From an uncultured virus (IMG/VR IMGVR_UViG_3300005337_000018) (taxonomy: Duplodnaviria > Heunggongvirae > Uroviricota > Caudoviricetes), in IMG/VR virus record IMGVR_UViG_3300005337_000018: 64,000 nt of DNA; one strand, written 5' to 3'. The notes beneath the pieces are model-generated. The model saw only the letters and a list, made by a program, of their open reading frames with translations. It had not been told where the DNA came from and did not search any database. Shown in pieces: positions 1 to 9,609 of the stretch. The translations under genes and the position numbers were made by a program. Numbering within the stretch: position 1 is the first letter of the stretch; each line of letters opens with the position of its first letter.

Positions 1-280
1 CCGCGCCGCCCGCCGCAGCCCGCAGCGCATACCCCCTCCCACACACCTCGGCCAGCGCGTCGCCCCACACCCGGGCCGCATGGCTCTCGGCCAGCGGCGA
101 GTACCCCACCCCGCGCATCCCCGGATCCCTGGCCACCACCCACCCCGGCCACGCCCCGATCCGGTCGACCACGACCGACCGGGGGGACCCCATGACCGGT
201 GGCTTGCCCCGCTTCGTCGCCGCCATGCCGCTCCTCGCCTCGCCGTCCGCCGGGCCGACCTCGCCGATCCCATAATCGCA

Positions 281-610
281 GGTCGCAACCCTCGCATCCC
301 CGATCACCGCAGGTCAACGCCACCACACCCCGTTCGGCCCCCGTCGCACCCCACCGTCGCACCCCCGATAACCGCAGGTCAGACCGTCGCATCCCGTCGC
401 ATCCCACCCCATCGATATTCAGTTGAATAATTACTTACCTAAAGCAACCAATTACTACGCACAGTGATCCCCCGCGGATTCTGAACTTCGTATGGGCATG
501 GGCCCCCCTCCTCCGGGATGCGACGGTTCCCACCTGGCCAAACACGGGATGCGACGGTGGGATGCGACGGAGGATGCGACGGGATGCGACCGGGAATCGG
601 GATGCGACGG
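281..610. repeat. Putative replication origin: oppositely oriented GGGATGCGAC(GG) iteron-like repeats flanking an AT-rich core
   Basis: Six direct copies at 515, 546, 559, 572, 581, 599. Reverse-complement copies CCGTCGCA(T/C)CCC at 341, 354, 384, 395. AT-rich stretch at 411-457. Lies just downstream of the prim-pol/helicase genes. Confidence 0.6.
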
Positions 611-971
611 TGGCCACCTGCACAAACAGCCTCGCCGTCCCCCGAAACCCCTACAATCCACCCTAATCGGGCATCACTCGGAGTAGTTGAACCACCGGAA
701 CGCGCGTCAAACCCGGGGGGAGACCCTGTCTCGACCCCTGCCACCGGTGGTACCGGGCCCTGTGCAATGACCAAACAACCAGCACGCAATCGCCGCCCAC
801 AGCGCTCGGAGCCCCTGATCCCCGACCCTCGCCGACACCCGCTCTCCGGGTGAGCCGAACTCCGGACCGACAACCAGGCACCAACGCCCCGCCAACCTCG
901 GCGCACAACAGGTGCACTGCACCCCGGAGCCTAAGCCCCCACGCCGCCGCGCACCAGGGCCGACCACACAC

Positions 972-2993
972 TCACGGGACCAGAGCCTTGTCGACCACGT
1001 ACAGCGCGCTCGGTTTGCCGGTGGCATCCTTGGCACCCGGCACCGCCGTGACCCCGGACCCCGGCCGCGCCGCCATGGCCTCGAGCGCCTTGCGCAGCAG
1101 TGGCGACATACCGCGCCGCGCCGTCTTGGGGTTCACCGTGGACAGCGCCTTGCGGATGATCTCCTCCCGGCCGAACCCGTGCGCGCGGCGCGCCGGTTCC
1201 TCCCGGGCCATCCGGATGAGCACCTTGCGGACGATGTCGTCGGTGTCCCGCGACTCGCCCTTGGGATTACCGGCCGCCGACGCCGCCAGCGCCTCCCCGG
1301 CTATCTCATCGGCCCGCTTGACCAGGGCCGACGCCATCATGCCCCAGCGCCACGGCAGCAGCCGGACCGCGGCATCGGCGACCGCCGCACCCCGCACCAC
1401 CCGGCCCCCGGCCGCCAGCTCTGTGGCCAGTGCGTCCCGCAGCACGTGCTGCACGACCCGACTGATCAGCGGCGACCACATCATCCGGATGTCGTCCTCG
1501 GCCGTCCCGATGGCCGCCTCGAGCGCCGCCTGCAGCCGCTGCACGCGCCGGTATTCCAGCCGCCCGGCCACGTCCAGCGCCACGTCACCCCGTGGCACGT
1601 CGTCCCCGCCCTGCCCGCCGCCGCCCCACGCCGTCGGCAGGTCCGCCAGCACCGCCGACCGCGGCACCAGCCAGTCCGCCCCCTTGGCCATCGCGCCGGA
1701 CTCCCACGCCCGCAGCCGCCCCTTGACCGCCCGGTACACGTCCGTGTCCGCCACCAGCGCGCCCCAGGCCGCTTCCAGGTCGACCTGTGCCTCCCCCAGT
1801 GGCGTCAGCGCCCCCACGCCGTCCCCGGCCCCCAGCCCGTCCAGGCCGGACCAGGTCACGTCCGCCTTGTCGGAGTACGCCGCCGCCGTCGCCTCATGCC
1901 CACCCGACGTGAACGCCTCGACCACCCAGGCCCGGCCGAACACACCCCGCGAGACGAACGAGTCCGACCCCCGCACCCCGCGGCCGCCGCCCGTCACCTC
2001 GGCGAACACCTCGGTCTGGAACAGCACCGCGAGGTTCAGGGCCACGTTGCGCATGAACTTGACCCCGCCCGACACCCGCGCCGTCTCGATCGAATCCTGA
2101 TCCCACAGATCCAGGAAGAACGTCAGCGCGCCCGCATCGCCGCCGTACGCCGTCAGGTTGCGGAACACGTCCGCCTCCCCGGACAGCACCGCCGCACACC
2201 CGCCGTTGTCCACCGCGAGGTTCCGCAGCGCCTCCACGGTCGGATCCTTGATATAGGTCAGCGGACAGACCCCGGCCCCGAACACTTCGTTGACCTGCTT
2301 CCGCAGCTCCTTCAGGTAGTCGGCGTCCCCGACCACGCCGCCGCCGCCGCTGTCATTCGCGCCGCTCCCGGTGCCCCCGCTCGCCGCCTGTGCCGCCGCC
2401 ATCGTGGCCTTCGCCGCGTCCGCGGCAATGTCCCGCCGCCTCGCCACACCCAGCGCGAGCGCCCGGTCCATCGGCCGCTTGACCGCGGCCAGCGCCGTCG
2501 ACTTGCGCCAGCCGGAGTCGGCCTCGGCCATGAAGTGCATGATCGCCGGGACCTCGAGCCAGCCGCCCTCGGCCTTGGGAGCCCGCAGCATCAGGCCGCC
2601 CTGTGCGCACGTCATCGTGGCCACCGCGGCGAGCCCGTACATCACCCCCAGGTCCGCCCGCGGATCCGCCTCGCAGTAGCGCCGGGCCCACCGCTCGAGC
2701 CCCAGGTCCGAACCCCAGCCCACCGGCAGCAGCCGCTCCCCGGTATCGAACCCGGTGGCAATCGCCGTGATGATGGCGACCGCCGCCTTCGTGTACCCGG
2801 GTGGCAGGTCGAACCCGCTCAGCCCCTTGATGGCCGCCGCGCCCCAGTCCGCCCCGGCCGTGTCGATCTTGCCGCTACCCGCCCCGCCGTCACCCTCCGG
2901 CTTGGTCGCACCCGGCGAACCGGACGTGTGTTCCTCGAACAGCCCGCCCTCGTCCCAACCGTCTTCCGGCATCGCCGCCGGGCCGCTACTCAC
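972..2993 (-). CDS. DUF3987/YfjI-like P-loop NTPase (primase-associated helicase)
   Basis: AEADSGWRKST Walker-A-like motif, plus DPTVEAL and VLSGEA motifs. GTG start at 2993 overlaps the prim-pol stop (GTGA). Confidence 0.65.
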   Translation of the reverse strand: MSSGPAAMPEDGWDEGGLFEEHTSGSPGATKPEGDGGAGSGKIDTAGADWGAAAIKGLSGFDLPPGYTKAAVAIITAIATGFDTGERLLPVGWGSDLGLERWARRYCEADPRADLGVMYGLAAVATMTCAQGGLMLRAPKAEGGWLEVPAIMHFMAEADSGWRKSTALAAVKRPMDRALALGVARRRDIAADAAKATMAAAQAASGGTGSGANDSGGGGVVGDADYLKELRKQVNEVFGAGVCPLTYIKDPTVEALRNLAVDNGGCAAVLSGEADVFRNLTAYGGDAGALTFFLDLWDQDSIETARVSGGVKFMRNVALNLAVLFQTEVFAEVTGGGRGVRGSDSFVSRGVFGRAWVVEAFTSGGHEATAAAYSDKADVTWSGLDGLGAGDGVGALTPLGEAQVDLEAAWGALVADTDVYRAVKGRLRAWESGAMAKGADWLVPRSAVLADLPTAWGGGGQGGDDVPRGDVALDVAGRLEYRRVQRLQAALEAAIGTAEDDIRMMWSPLISRVVQHVLRDALATELAAGGRVVRGAAVADAAVRLLPWRWGMMASALVKRADEIAGEALAASAAGNPKGESRDTDDIVRKVLIRMAREEPARRAHGFGREEIIRKALSTVNPKTARRGMSPLLRKALEAMAARPGSGVTAVPGAKDATGKPSALYVVDKALVP

Positions 2994-4255
2994 CGCACAC
3001 CCGCCGTCGACTCGTCCAGCGCCGCCGACAGCAGCCGGATCCCGGACTCGAGCCCGGACCGGATCGTGGCCGCGGCCCCCGGGCACCCGCACGCCGCGGC
3101 CGCCCGTGTCATTCGGTCCCGGACCGACTCCACGTCCAGCGCGCCGGACACCACAGCCCGCGCGCCCGGCCCGAACCCGATGGCGTTGAGCAGGTTGTTG
3201 CGCCCGGACTCCGGACCCATCCCGGCCAGCCGGTCACACCACGCCTCGAGTTGCCCCACCGCCGCGCCCTGCACCGCGCCGATGTCGCCCACCAGCCCGT
3301 CGGCCCAGATCCGGACGTCGTCGCTCGTGTAGCCGCCGCCGTCCCGGTAGGACTCCAGCCAGCGCGCCAGCTCGTCCACCGCCTCCGGCCCGACCTCGGC
3401 CGCCACCCGCGCCTGCAGCCACGGAGCCACCGCCCGGATCGAACCCGGCCCGTAGCCCGGCCCGTAGACCTCGTGATGATCCAGCAGCAGTCCCGGGTCG
3501 TGCACCGGCCGCATGGCCGACCGCATCCCGCGCCGGGTCCATGCCATGGCCGCCTCGTACTCGCCCGGCAGCGCCCAACTCCGGTCCGCCTGTGGCCCGC
3601 CGAACTCGGCCCCCGGCCAGACCACGTAGCGCCCCGGCCCGGTCCGGACGTCCAGCAGGTAGCCCCGCACCCCGACCTTCCCGGGATCCGTGCCGTGCCA
3701 GTCGCCCAGCCACAGCGACATGGCCCGGTTCAGCGCGCCCTGTGTCCAGCCGGGCATGGAAAGCCAGACGTGCCAGCCCCGTGGCGTCCGTGCGATACCC
3801 ATGATCATTCCGACCGGCACGGTGTCCAGCACCCGGATCCACGCCCGCATCGCCCGCGGGGAGTCGATGTCGACCACCACGACGTCGGCCAGGCACACCC
3901 CGGCCCGCCTCGAGCCCCAGCCGCCCGGCAGAGCGCCCAGCTCGGCCAGTTCCACCGCATCCGAAGCACCGTGGCGGAACCCGGCATCCTCGCCGTTCAC
4001 CCGGACCCACCAGGGATGCTTCCCCGGTGTCCGGCACCGCCCCGGCTCGCCCCACGCGCCGCCGCCGGACAGCACGTCCGCACCGCCGCCGCCGCGCCGG
4101 GAACCCTCCCGGCAGCAGCACTCGCCCAGCACGTCCAGTTGCCAGACCGCCAGCCACCGACGCCCCGCCAGCCGCGGGTCGTCGGCCGGGATCACCAGCC
4201 GGGAATCGGAATGGTCAGTTGACACAACGTCGTGGAATGACAACGCTGGCACCAT
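2990..4255 (-). CDS. Bifunctional DNA primase/polymerase (prim-pol)
   Basis: VVVDIDS, RTPRGWHVW and LDVRTGPGRYVVWPG motifs, with an N-terminal Cys/His cluster (ECCC...CRTPGKHP). Start chosen at the ATG after GAGAGG; the ORF is open to 4306. Confidence 0.8.
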   Translation of the reverse strand: MVPALSFHDVVSTDHSDSRLVIPADDPRLAGRRWLAVWQLDVLGECCCREGSRRGGGGADVLSGGGAWGEPGRCRTPGKHPWWVRVNGEDAGFRHGASDAVELAELGALPGGWGSRRAGVCLADVVVVDIDSPRAMRAWIRVLDTVPVGMIMGIARTPRGWHVWLSMPGWTQGALNRAMSLWLGDWHGTDPGKVGVRGYLLDVRTGPGRYVVWPGAEFGGPQADRSWALPGEYEAAMAWTRRGMRSAMRPVHDPGLLLDHHEVYGPGYGPGSIRAVAPWLQARVAAEVGPEAVDELARWLESYRDGGGYTSDDVRIWADGLVGDIGAVQGAAVGQLEAWCDRLAGMGPESGRNNLLNAIGFGPGARAVVSGALDVESVRDRMTRAAAACGCPGAAATIRSGLESGIRLLSAALDESTAGVR

Positions 4256-4481
4256 CCTCTCGTGGGAAGCGTGGCGGGCATCGGTTGGCAGCCTTGCGCC
4301 CGGCACGGAGTGGAAAGAGTGGACCGAACCCTAGTCCGGATCGCGGTCGCACGGCAGAACCCCCCGCACACCGCGGGGGGTTCCTGCATTCCGTCATCGG
4401 ATCCTCCGGGCACCCGTCGAAATCGCTGCACAACGGGTCCCAGGGCCGTCACTCAGCTTCAGCTACCGCCACGCCGTCCCA

Positions 4482-4832
4482 TCACTCCGGCGTGTCATCC
4501 CGCGGCCCCACAGCGCCCGTCAGCGCGTCCGGAGCCCCCTGTGAGACAGACTCGTGGGCAAGATCTTCCGCGTCGGCCGCCGTCTTCCGGCGTCGCCGCT
4601 TCCGCGGGTGATCCTCCCCGGCCGGAGTCCCGGACGTGTCGTCGTCCGCAGAACCTTCAACGGTGGCACCAGCCGCAGCGTCGCCGTCATCGGCACCGCC
4701 GTTGCCGCCATCGTCCGGAACCTCGGTCACGATCCCGGAGTCGTCCGGCGTGGGGACCCCGGGTCGTTCCTTCAGCCTCGCCGCTCGACGCTCCCGGGAC
4801 AACCCCGTCAGGTGATCCGAATGACTCGTCAC
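4482..4832 (-). CDS. Hypothetical low-complexity charged protein
   Basis: GTGA start/stop overlap with the upstream gene. Acidic, with an RKRRRRK patch. Confidence 0.5.
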   Translation of the reverse strand: MTSHSDHLTGLSRERRAARLKERPGVPTPDDSGIVTEVPDDGGNGGADDGDAAAGATVEGSADDDTSGTPAGEDHPRKRRRRKTAADAEDLAHESVSQGAPDALTGAVGPRDDTPE

Positions 4833-6160
4833 GTCAGCGTGTAGGTCAGGTCGTTGGACGTCAGCGCGCCGCCCAGTCCGTCGTTTATCCAGACGTGGAT
4901 GGGCTTGGAACCCGCGGTACCGCTCCCACCGAAGTGGCAGTTGGCCGCCGTGTCCGTGGCCGAATCCACCACCACGCTCCCGCCGCCGTCGGCCGGGATA
5001 TAGGCCGTGATGCCCTGTGCCAGTCCGGTCCCGGCGAGCACGAACGTCTGACCCAGCAGGCTCGCCCCGACGAACGTGTTCGGCGTCATCGATGTCAGCA
5101 CCGGCGTGACCGGTGCGGGAGCCGCCGCCGCGACCGTGAAGGGAAGCTCGTTGGAAGTCAGCGACCCGCCCGCCCCGTCCGAGATCCACACCGACAGATC
5201 ACAGTCGTAGGGAGCGCCGGTCATGTTCAGACCGGTCGTGAACGTCAGGGTGGCTTGGGTGGGGCTGTCCGCCCGGTAGCCGAATATCGGGCCTATGGTG
5301 GCGGGGCACTCCGAGAACGCAGTGAGTGCCTGATCCAGATTCGTGCCGACCAGCGTCACCGTCTCGCCGGTGTGGTTGGGACCGACGAACGTATTCGGAG
5401 TCATCGAAGTCAGTGTCGGTTGACGTGGCGGTTCGGTCACCACGAAATCCACGATGTTGGAGCCGACCGGGTTGATCGGATTGAACAACTGGACCGGCAC
5501 CGAACCCGCAGCGCCCACCGTGTACAGGAACGTCACCTCGGTGGCCGACACCCACGTCGTGGCAATCTGCGCCCCGCCGCCGATGCTCGCCTTGATGCCG
5601 TTCAGGAACCCCGCGCCGTGCGCGTGGACCGTCGTACCCCCGGCCCCTGCCACCGCGGTCGCCGGGACCAGGGATGTCAGCGTCGGCCGTGGCGGCATCG
5701 CCGTGATGGTGAAGTCCAGCGCGTTCGACGCCGGGCTGTCCGCGTTACGCACGGTGATCTTGGCCGTGCCTGCCGCGCCCGGCCGGTAGACCGCGTCCAC
5801 CTCGGTGTCCGAGACGAACGTGGTGGCCAGCGCCCGGGATCCGGCGTAGACCACCGCCCCGTCCTTGAACCCCGTGCCGTGCACCTTCAGCGCGACCTGC
5901 ACCCCGGCCGTGCCGGTCGTCGGAGTGAGGCTCGTCAGCACCGGAGCGGGCCCCGTGTCGCCGGTGCCCTCGTCGCCGGACCCCTGGCATTGCAGGTCCG
6001 TCGCACCGCGGTAGCGCGCCGCCTGACAGTTCAGGAAGTCCGCGTTGTCCGCACCGCTGATCGTGGATCCGCCCGGTGGATCCTCCACGATCCAGGGCCA
6101 GTTCGGATCACCCGTGTCGTCGGCCGTACCCGGCCCGTCGATCGCCGTGGCCGATGTCAT
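4829..6160 (-). CDS. IPT/TIG (Ig-like) repeat protein, possible virion decoration
   Basis: Four repeats beginning P(V/T)LTS(L/M)xP and containing (H/V/A)G(T/A)(G/N)(F/L). ATGA overlap with the upstream gene. Confidence 0.7.
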   Translation of the reverse strand: MTSATAIDGPGTADDTGDPNWPWIVEDPPGGSTISGADNADFLNCQAARYRGATDLQCQGSGDEGTGDTGPAPVLTSLTPTTGTAGVQVALKVHGTGFKDGAVVYAGSRALATTFVSDTEVDAVYRPGAAGTAKITVRNADSPASNALDFTITAMPPRPTLTSLVPATAVAGAGGTTVHAHGAGFLNGIKASIGGGAQIATTWVSATEVTFLYTVGAAGSVPVQLFNPINPVGSNIVDFVVTEPPRQPTLTSMTPNTFVGPNHTGETVTLVGTNLDQALTAFSECPATIGPIFGYRADSPTQATLTFTTGLNMTGAPYDCDLSVWISDGAGGSLTSNELPFTVAAAAPAPVTPVLTSMTPNTFVGASLLGQTFVLAGTGLAQGITAYIPADGGGSVVVDSATDTAANCHFGGSGTAGSKPIHVWINDGLGGALTSNDLTYTLT

Positions 6161-6441
6161 TCGCCGTCGCCGTTCTCGTCGTCCGGCTCCTCGGCCGGTG
6201 CCTCCTCGGACTCGGACTCGGACTCGGACTCCTCCTCGCCCTCACCCTCACCCTCACCCTCGCCCTCGCCCTCGCCCTCGGCACTCTCACCGGAGCGGAA
6301 CGCCTCGGCGTTGGCCACCAGCACGTCCCGGTTGGCCCCGCCCGTCCACACCGTGCCGCCGTCCTCCACCTGATACGGGTACGGGTTCGGCACGCCCACA
6401 CCCTCGGTGCCCTCGGTCGTTTCCTCGTCCGGATCGGTCAT
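6157..6441 (-). CDS. Small very acidic protein with (EG)n(ES)n tail
   Basis: MTDPDEET start. EGEGEG/ESESES run encoded by 6-nt repeats at about 6205-6280. Confidence 0.65.
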   Translation of the reverse strand: MTDPDEETTEGTEGVGVPNPYPYQVEDGGTVWTGGANRDVLVANAEAFRSGESAEGEGEGEGEGEGEGEEESESESESEEAPAEEPDDENGDGE

Positions 6442-6622
6442 CGGTTCGCCGTTCTCTCGTTGGGAAGCATCCTCAGACCCTAGAACCGCAGGCCACCTAC
6501 CACCAGCGCCCCGCGCTAGACTCGCCGACGGTCCCGCCCTTGGACCTGCAGGCACGGATCGCACCCGTGCAACGGGGCAGACCCCGGGGAGCGTCGCGCA
6601 AATGCCCCCGGGGTTCCCCGTC

Positions 6623-6805
6623 TCAGAACTCGTGGGTGAACAGCCGCAACGGTTCGGCCCAGACGCTCCGGCGCGCCTCGAGCAGCGCCCGGTGCCGACG
6701 TTCGGCCCGTCGGTCGGCCCACCACTCGCCGACCAGCAGCGTCGCCGACACCCCGGTACCGAATCCGGCTATCCAGGCGAGCAGCACCCCACCAGGTTGC
6801 CTCAA
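6623..6805 (-). CDS. Small membrane protein
   Basis: Hydrophobic VLLAWIAGFGTGVSATLLVG segment. Start is TTG 6805 (overlap) or GTG 6787. Confidence 0.45.
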   Translation of the reverse strand: MRQPGGVLLAWIAGFGTGVSATLLVGEWWADRRAERRHRALLEARRSVWAEPLRLFTHEF

Positions 6806-7125
6806 TCCCGGAGCCGTCCGCGTCCTACCTGCCGGTAGGCGACCCGCGCGTGCTCGCCGCACAGCCCCAGGTGGTGATCGGTCACCCGTTCCGAACAGCC
6901 CAGCCGCCCGCACGGCGCGCCGTAGTCGACGTCCCGGATATGGGCCAGCAGCCACCGGAGCACCAGCGCCTGCGCCGCGGGCACGTGCGTCTTGGTGGTG
7001 ACCTTCAACCGGCCCAGCGGCAGTCCGCACCGGCAGTACACCGTGAATTGGTTCCCGTAGCCGTCCGCAGCCGCCCGCCATATCGCCTGATGCTCGACCC
7101 GGACGCTCGACTCAACCATCGTCAT
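6802..7125 (-). CDS. Hypothetical Cys/His-rich protein
   Basis: CRCG and CGRLGC...LCGEH motifs; part of a coupled operon. Confidence 0.55.
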   Translation of the reverse strand: MTMVESSVRVEHQAIWRAAADGYGNQFTVYCRCGLPLGRLKVTTKTHVPAAQALVLRWLLAHIRDVDYGAPCGRLGCSERVTDHHLGLCGEHARVAYRQVGRGRLRD

Positions 7126-7840
7126 CGTCGCCGTCGTCCATCGGGCCGATCGCCATGACCACCCGGCCCGGCCCGGCGAGCGACATGGCGACCCGTTGGT
7201 ACAGGTCGTCCCACATCTCCCCGGTCACCTCACCCTTGCCCTGATCCCTCATCCACTCGGAGAACCGCGGCATCGTCATCATCTTGGACATCACGTGCAC
7301 CAGGTCCCCGGGCCCGCCGTACTCCTCGTTGTCACCGTCCGCGGCCTCGCCCCACAGCACCAGCCGATCGCTCGCCCCGTCACTGTCGACCACCCGGGCC
7401 TCCCGGTACGGGATCGCCGACATCAGCACCGTGCCGGTCCGGTCCGCGCCGTAGACGATGAGAGCCTGTCCGACGGGCCGGTCGTCACCGAATGACACGT
7501 CGGTCCCGATCCCGTCGCCGAACTCGGCGTGGTAGGTCCCAGGGCCGCCGGGAGCCCACTCCAGGCCGGTCCGCGGGTCGATGGCCGATATGGTGATCCA
7601 GGCATCCAGCCCGACCATCAGGAACTCGGAATCGATCGATGCCACCCGGCTCAGCAGGTCGATCATCGGGCCCCGGTCGACGGCATCACCGGTGCACATC
7701 ACCGACAGCCGCGGGAACCCGTCCCGAATCCCGAACACCAGCGCGCCGGGCATCACGTCCTGATCGACCGATCCCTTGCAGTGCCGGGTGAAATCCTCGA
7801 GCCACTCCGGCAGCGTGTGGTCGTGCCCACCGGTGATCAT
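7112..7840 (-). CDS. Hypothetical protein
   Basis: MITGGHDH start coupled to the upstream stop (TGATG). Confidence 0.6.
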   Translation of the reverse strand: MITGGHDHTLPEWLEDFTRHCKGSVDQDVMPGALVFGIRDGFPRLSVMCTGDAVDRGPMIDLLSRVASIDSEFLMVGLDAWITISAIDPRTGLEWAPGGPGTYHAEFGDGIGTDVSFGDDRPVGQALIVYGADRTGTVLMSAIPYREARVVDSDGASDRLVLWGEAADGDNEEYGGPGDLVHVMSKMMTMPRFSEWMRDQGKGEVTGEMWDDLYQRVAMSLAGPGRVVMAIGPMDDGDDDDG

Positions 7841-8106
7841 CAGCGCCACTCCACGATCGCCGGGGTCCGCGGATCCCGCGGCCACCGGTGCGCGATACCC
7901 AGTGCAACGTGGCCCTTGTCCAGACCGCAGACGTAGAACTTGCGGCCGTGCAGTTTCTGCGCCAGTGGCGGCATCGGTTCGGGTGAGACCGCCTTGCACC
8001 AACCGGCAACCTCCCGTGCCACGGACGCCTCGAGCGCTTCCATGGCCAACGGTGGCGGCAGCTTGTGCTTCCCGGCCGCCGACAGGCGGCTCAGTGGCCG
8101 TGTCAT
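7840..8106 (-). CDS. Hypothetical protein
   Basis: ATGA overlap with the upstream gene; MTRPLSRL start. Confidence 0.5.
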   Translation of the reverse strand: MTRPLSRLSAAGKHKLPPPLAMEALEASVAREVAGWCKAVSPEPMPPLAQKLHGRKFYVCGLDKGHVALGIAHRWPRDPRTPAIVEWR

Positions 8107-8363
8107 TGCGTCCTGCCCTTCACTTCGCGCCATGCTGCCAGCGCCGTCTGGATGTTCCTGTCCATCGTCAGTTCGCCCGCCTCGAGCGGGTTCGGAACGC
8201 GCAACCCGAACGCCGTCCAGATCCCCAGCCCGCCACAGGAGACACACAGCGACACGTCGCCGACCTTGGGCAGCCGCCAACCCTCGCCGCCGATCGCCGA
8301 CACCCGGTCGGCCTCGTAGCCGCAGAACGGGCACACGGTCCGGGTCGGCCCCAGCCTCGTCAT
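8103..8363 (-). CDS. Hypothetical zinc-ribbon protein
   Basis: CPFC...CVSC; ATGA overlaps at both ends. Confidence 0.6.
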   Translation of the reverse strand: MTRLGPTRTVCPFCGYEADRVSAIGGEGWRLPKVGDVSLCVSCGGLGIWTAFGLRVPNPLEAGELTMDRNIQTALAAWREVKGRTQ

Positions 8364-8506
8364 GGCCGCACCACGACGATCTCGATCGGTTCCGGCCGGT
8401 GCCGGTGCGGCAGATCGCACTCGACGCGCCGGACCTCCTTGGGCCCCGGACACCTACATTGTGCGTGTAGCCAGCCGTACTGGCACAACTCCTTGTAGTG
8501 CGTCAT
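8360..8506 (-). CDS. Small Cys/His-rich hypothetical protein (48 aa)
   Basis: MTHYKELCQYGWLHAQCRC; fills the gap with ATGA overlaps at both ends; below the ORF track cutoff. Confidence 0.45.
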   Translation of the reverse strand: MTHYKELCQYGWLHAQCRCPGPKEVRRVECDLPHRHRPEPIEIVVVRP

Positions 8507-8709
8507 TCCTCGTTCTCCCAGTCGTCGTGCCGGTGGAGCCCGGCCAGTGCCGTCTCCGTCGACAGCCAGCCGTCGTCGCTCTCGACCTGTGGGGTCAACC
8601 GCGGGTCCCAGACCTCGGTGCCGTCCGGCCGTCCGCCGACCGCCTCGTCAATGTCCTCGCCGGTGCACCGGCAGCCCGGCCGCTCGCCGTTGCACAGCCA
8701 GCACTTCAT
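8503..8709 (-). CDS. Small hypothetical protein
   Basis: MKCWLCNGERPGCRC start after an AAGGGG RBS. Confidence 0.5.
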   Translation of the reverse strand: MKCWLCNGERPGCRCTGEDIDEAVGGRPDGTEVWDPRLTPQVESDDGWLSTETALAGLHRHDDWENEE

Positions 8710-8921
8710 GTCGTCCCCTTGGGTGGGGGAGGAACGGTGGGAACGATCCGGGTCAGGAACCCGGTGCCCTGGCAGACCTGGCAGTACCTCGCCGGGACGT
8801 AGAGCAGCCCGCCGTCGCAGTCCGGACACTCCCGCTGCAGAATGACGTGGTCGGGATCGAAGCCCTCCCAGGCAACCTCGTCCTTCGCCGCCATCGGGTG
8901 GCCACCAAGAATCCGCGCCAT
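8706..8921 (-). CDS. Small protein with CxxCxGxG zinc-finger-like motifs
   Basis: CPDCDGG...CQVCQGTG. Confidence 0.5.
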   Translation of the reverse strand: MARILGGHPMAAKDEVAWEGFDPDHVILQRECPDCDGGLLYVPARYCQVCQGTGFLTRIVPTVPPPPKGTT

Positions 8922-9232
8922 CAGGACGACTGTCCGTCCACCATGAGAGTCGTTAGTTCGCGCCGGATCTCGGCCAGCGCGTTGCGTCGCCGGGTATCGG
9001 CTGATCGGGACGGCCGGGTCGGCGTCCCCTCCCAGTAGCGGGGAAGCATCGCCCGGGCCATCCGCCAGACGTAGGTCGGCTTGGTGATCCGGTCCATGAA
9101 CCGCTCGATCGCTTCGTCCGACAGCGCGCCGCCATCCGATACCGGACGGCAGAAATGCAGGTCCGCGTAGCCCGGATGCTTGGGATCCTCCGGCCACCGC
9201 TCGCCGCACCGATCGCAGATCGCACCCTTCAT
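8921..9232 (-). CDS. Hypothetical protein
   Basis: MKGAICDRCG start after a GAGAGG RBS; overlaps its neighbours. Confidence 0.55.
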   Translation of the reverse strand: MKGAICDRCGERWPEDPKHPGYADLHFCRPVSDGGALSDEAIERFMDRITKPTYVWRMARAMLPRYWEGTPTRPSRSADTRRRNALAEIRRELTTLMVDGQSS

Positions 9233-9525
9233 GACGTCACCTCTCCCTCGATCTTCCGGAGCCGGGCCCGGTGAGAACCACCGTTCGACCATGCCAACTC
9301 GTCCAGGTGCACCCAGAGACCGGGCAGCACCAGTGATTCCCGCACCGCGCCACCGCAGTGGTCGCACCAGCGTGTCGCCATGGCCACCTCGTCCGCCACC
9401 GCCATCAACTCCTCGCCCAGTTTCCGCGCGTCATTCGGTGCGAGCCAGCCGACGGTGCCGGTCACCGACACCTCGACCTGCCCGGTCCGCGGGCCTTCGG
9501 CCGCCGCCGCCCACGTGTCGCTCAC
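9229..9525 (-). CDS. Hypothetical protein
   Basis: GTGA overlap; fits the operon. Confidence 0.55.
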   Translation of the reverse strand: MSDTWAAAAEGPRTGQVEVSVTGTVGWLAPNDARKLGEELMAVADEVAMATRWCDHCGGAVRESLVLPGLWVHLDELAWSNGGSHRARLRKIEGEVTS

Positions 9526-9605
9526 AGCGCTGGATGCAGCATGATCTGCACCGCCAGCACGGCGATCGCCAGTGCCGACAGCACGGCGAGCACCAGTGCC
9601 AGCAC
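9522..9605 (-). CDS. 27-aa single-pass membrane peptide
   Basis: MLALVLAVLSALAIAVLAVQIMLHPAL after TAAGGA; its stop overlaps the next start. Confidence 0.45.
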   Translation of the reverse strand: MLALVLAVLSALAIAVLAVQIMLHPAL

Positions 9606-9609
9606 GTCC

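Noticed and set aside
515..610. GGATGCGAC repeats read as a CRISPR array or coding repeat
   Set aside because: The units are 9-12 nt with irregular 0-19-nt gaps, and the overlapping ORFs are low-complexity and unconvincing.
6205..6280. Hexanucleotide tandem repeats read as a contingency locus
   Set aside because: They are in-frame codon repeats encoding EG/ES runs with synonymous variation, so length change would not shift the frame.
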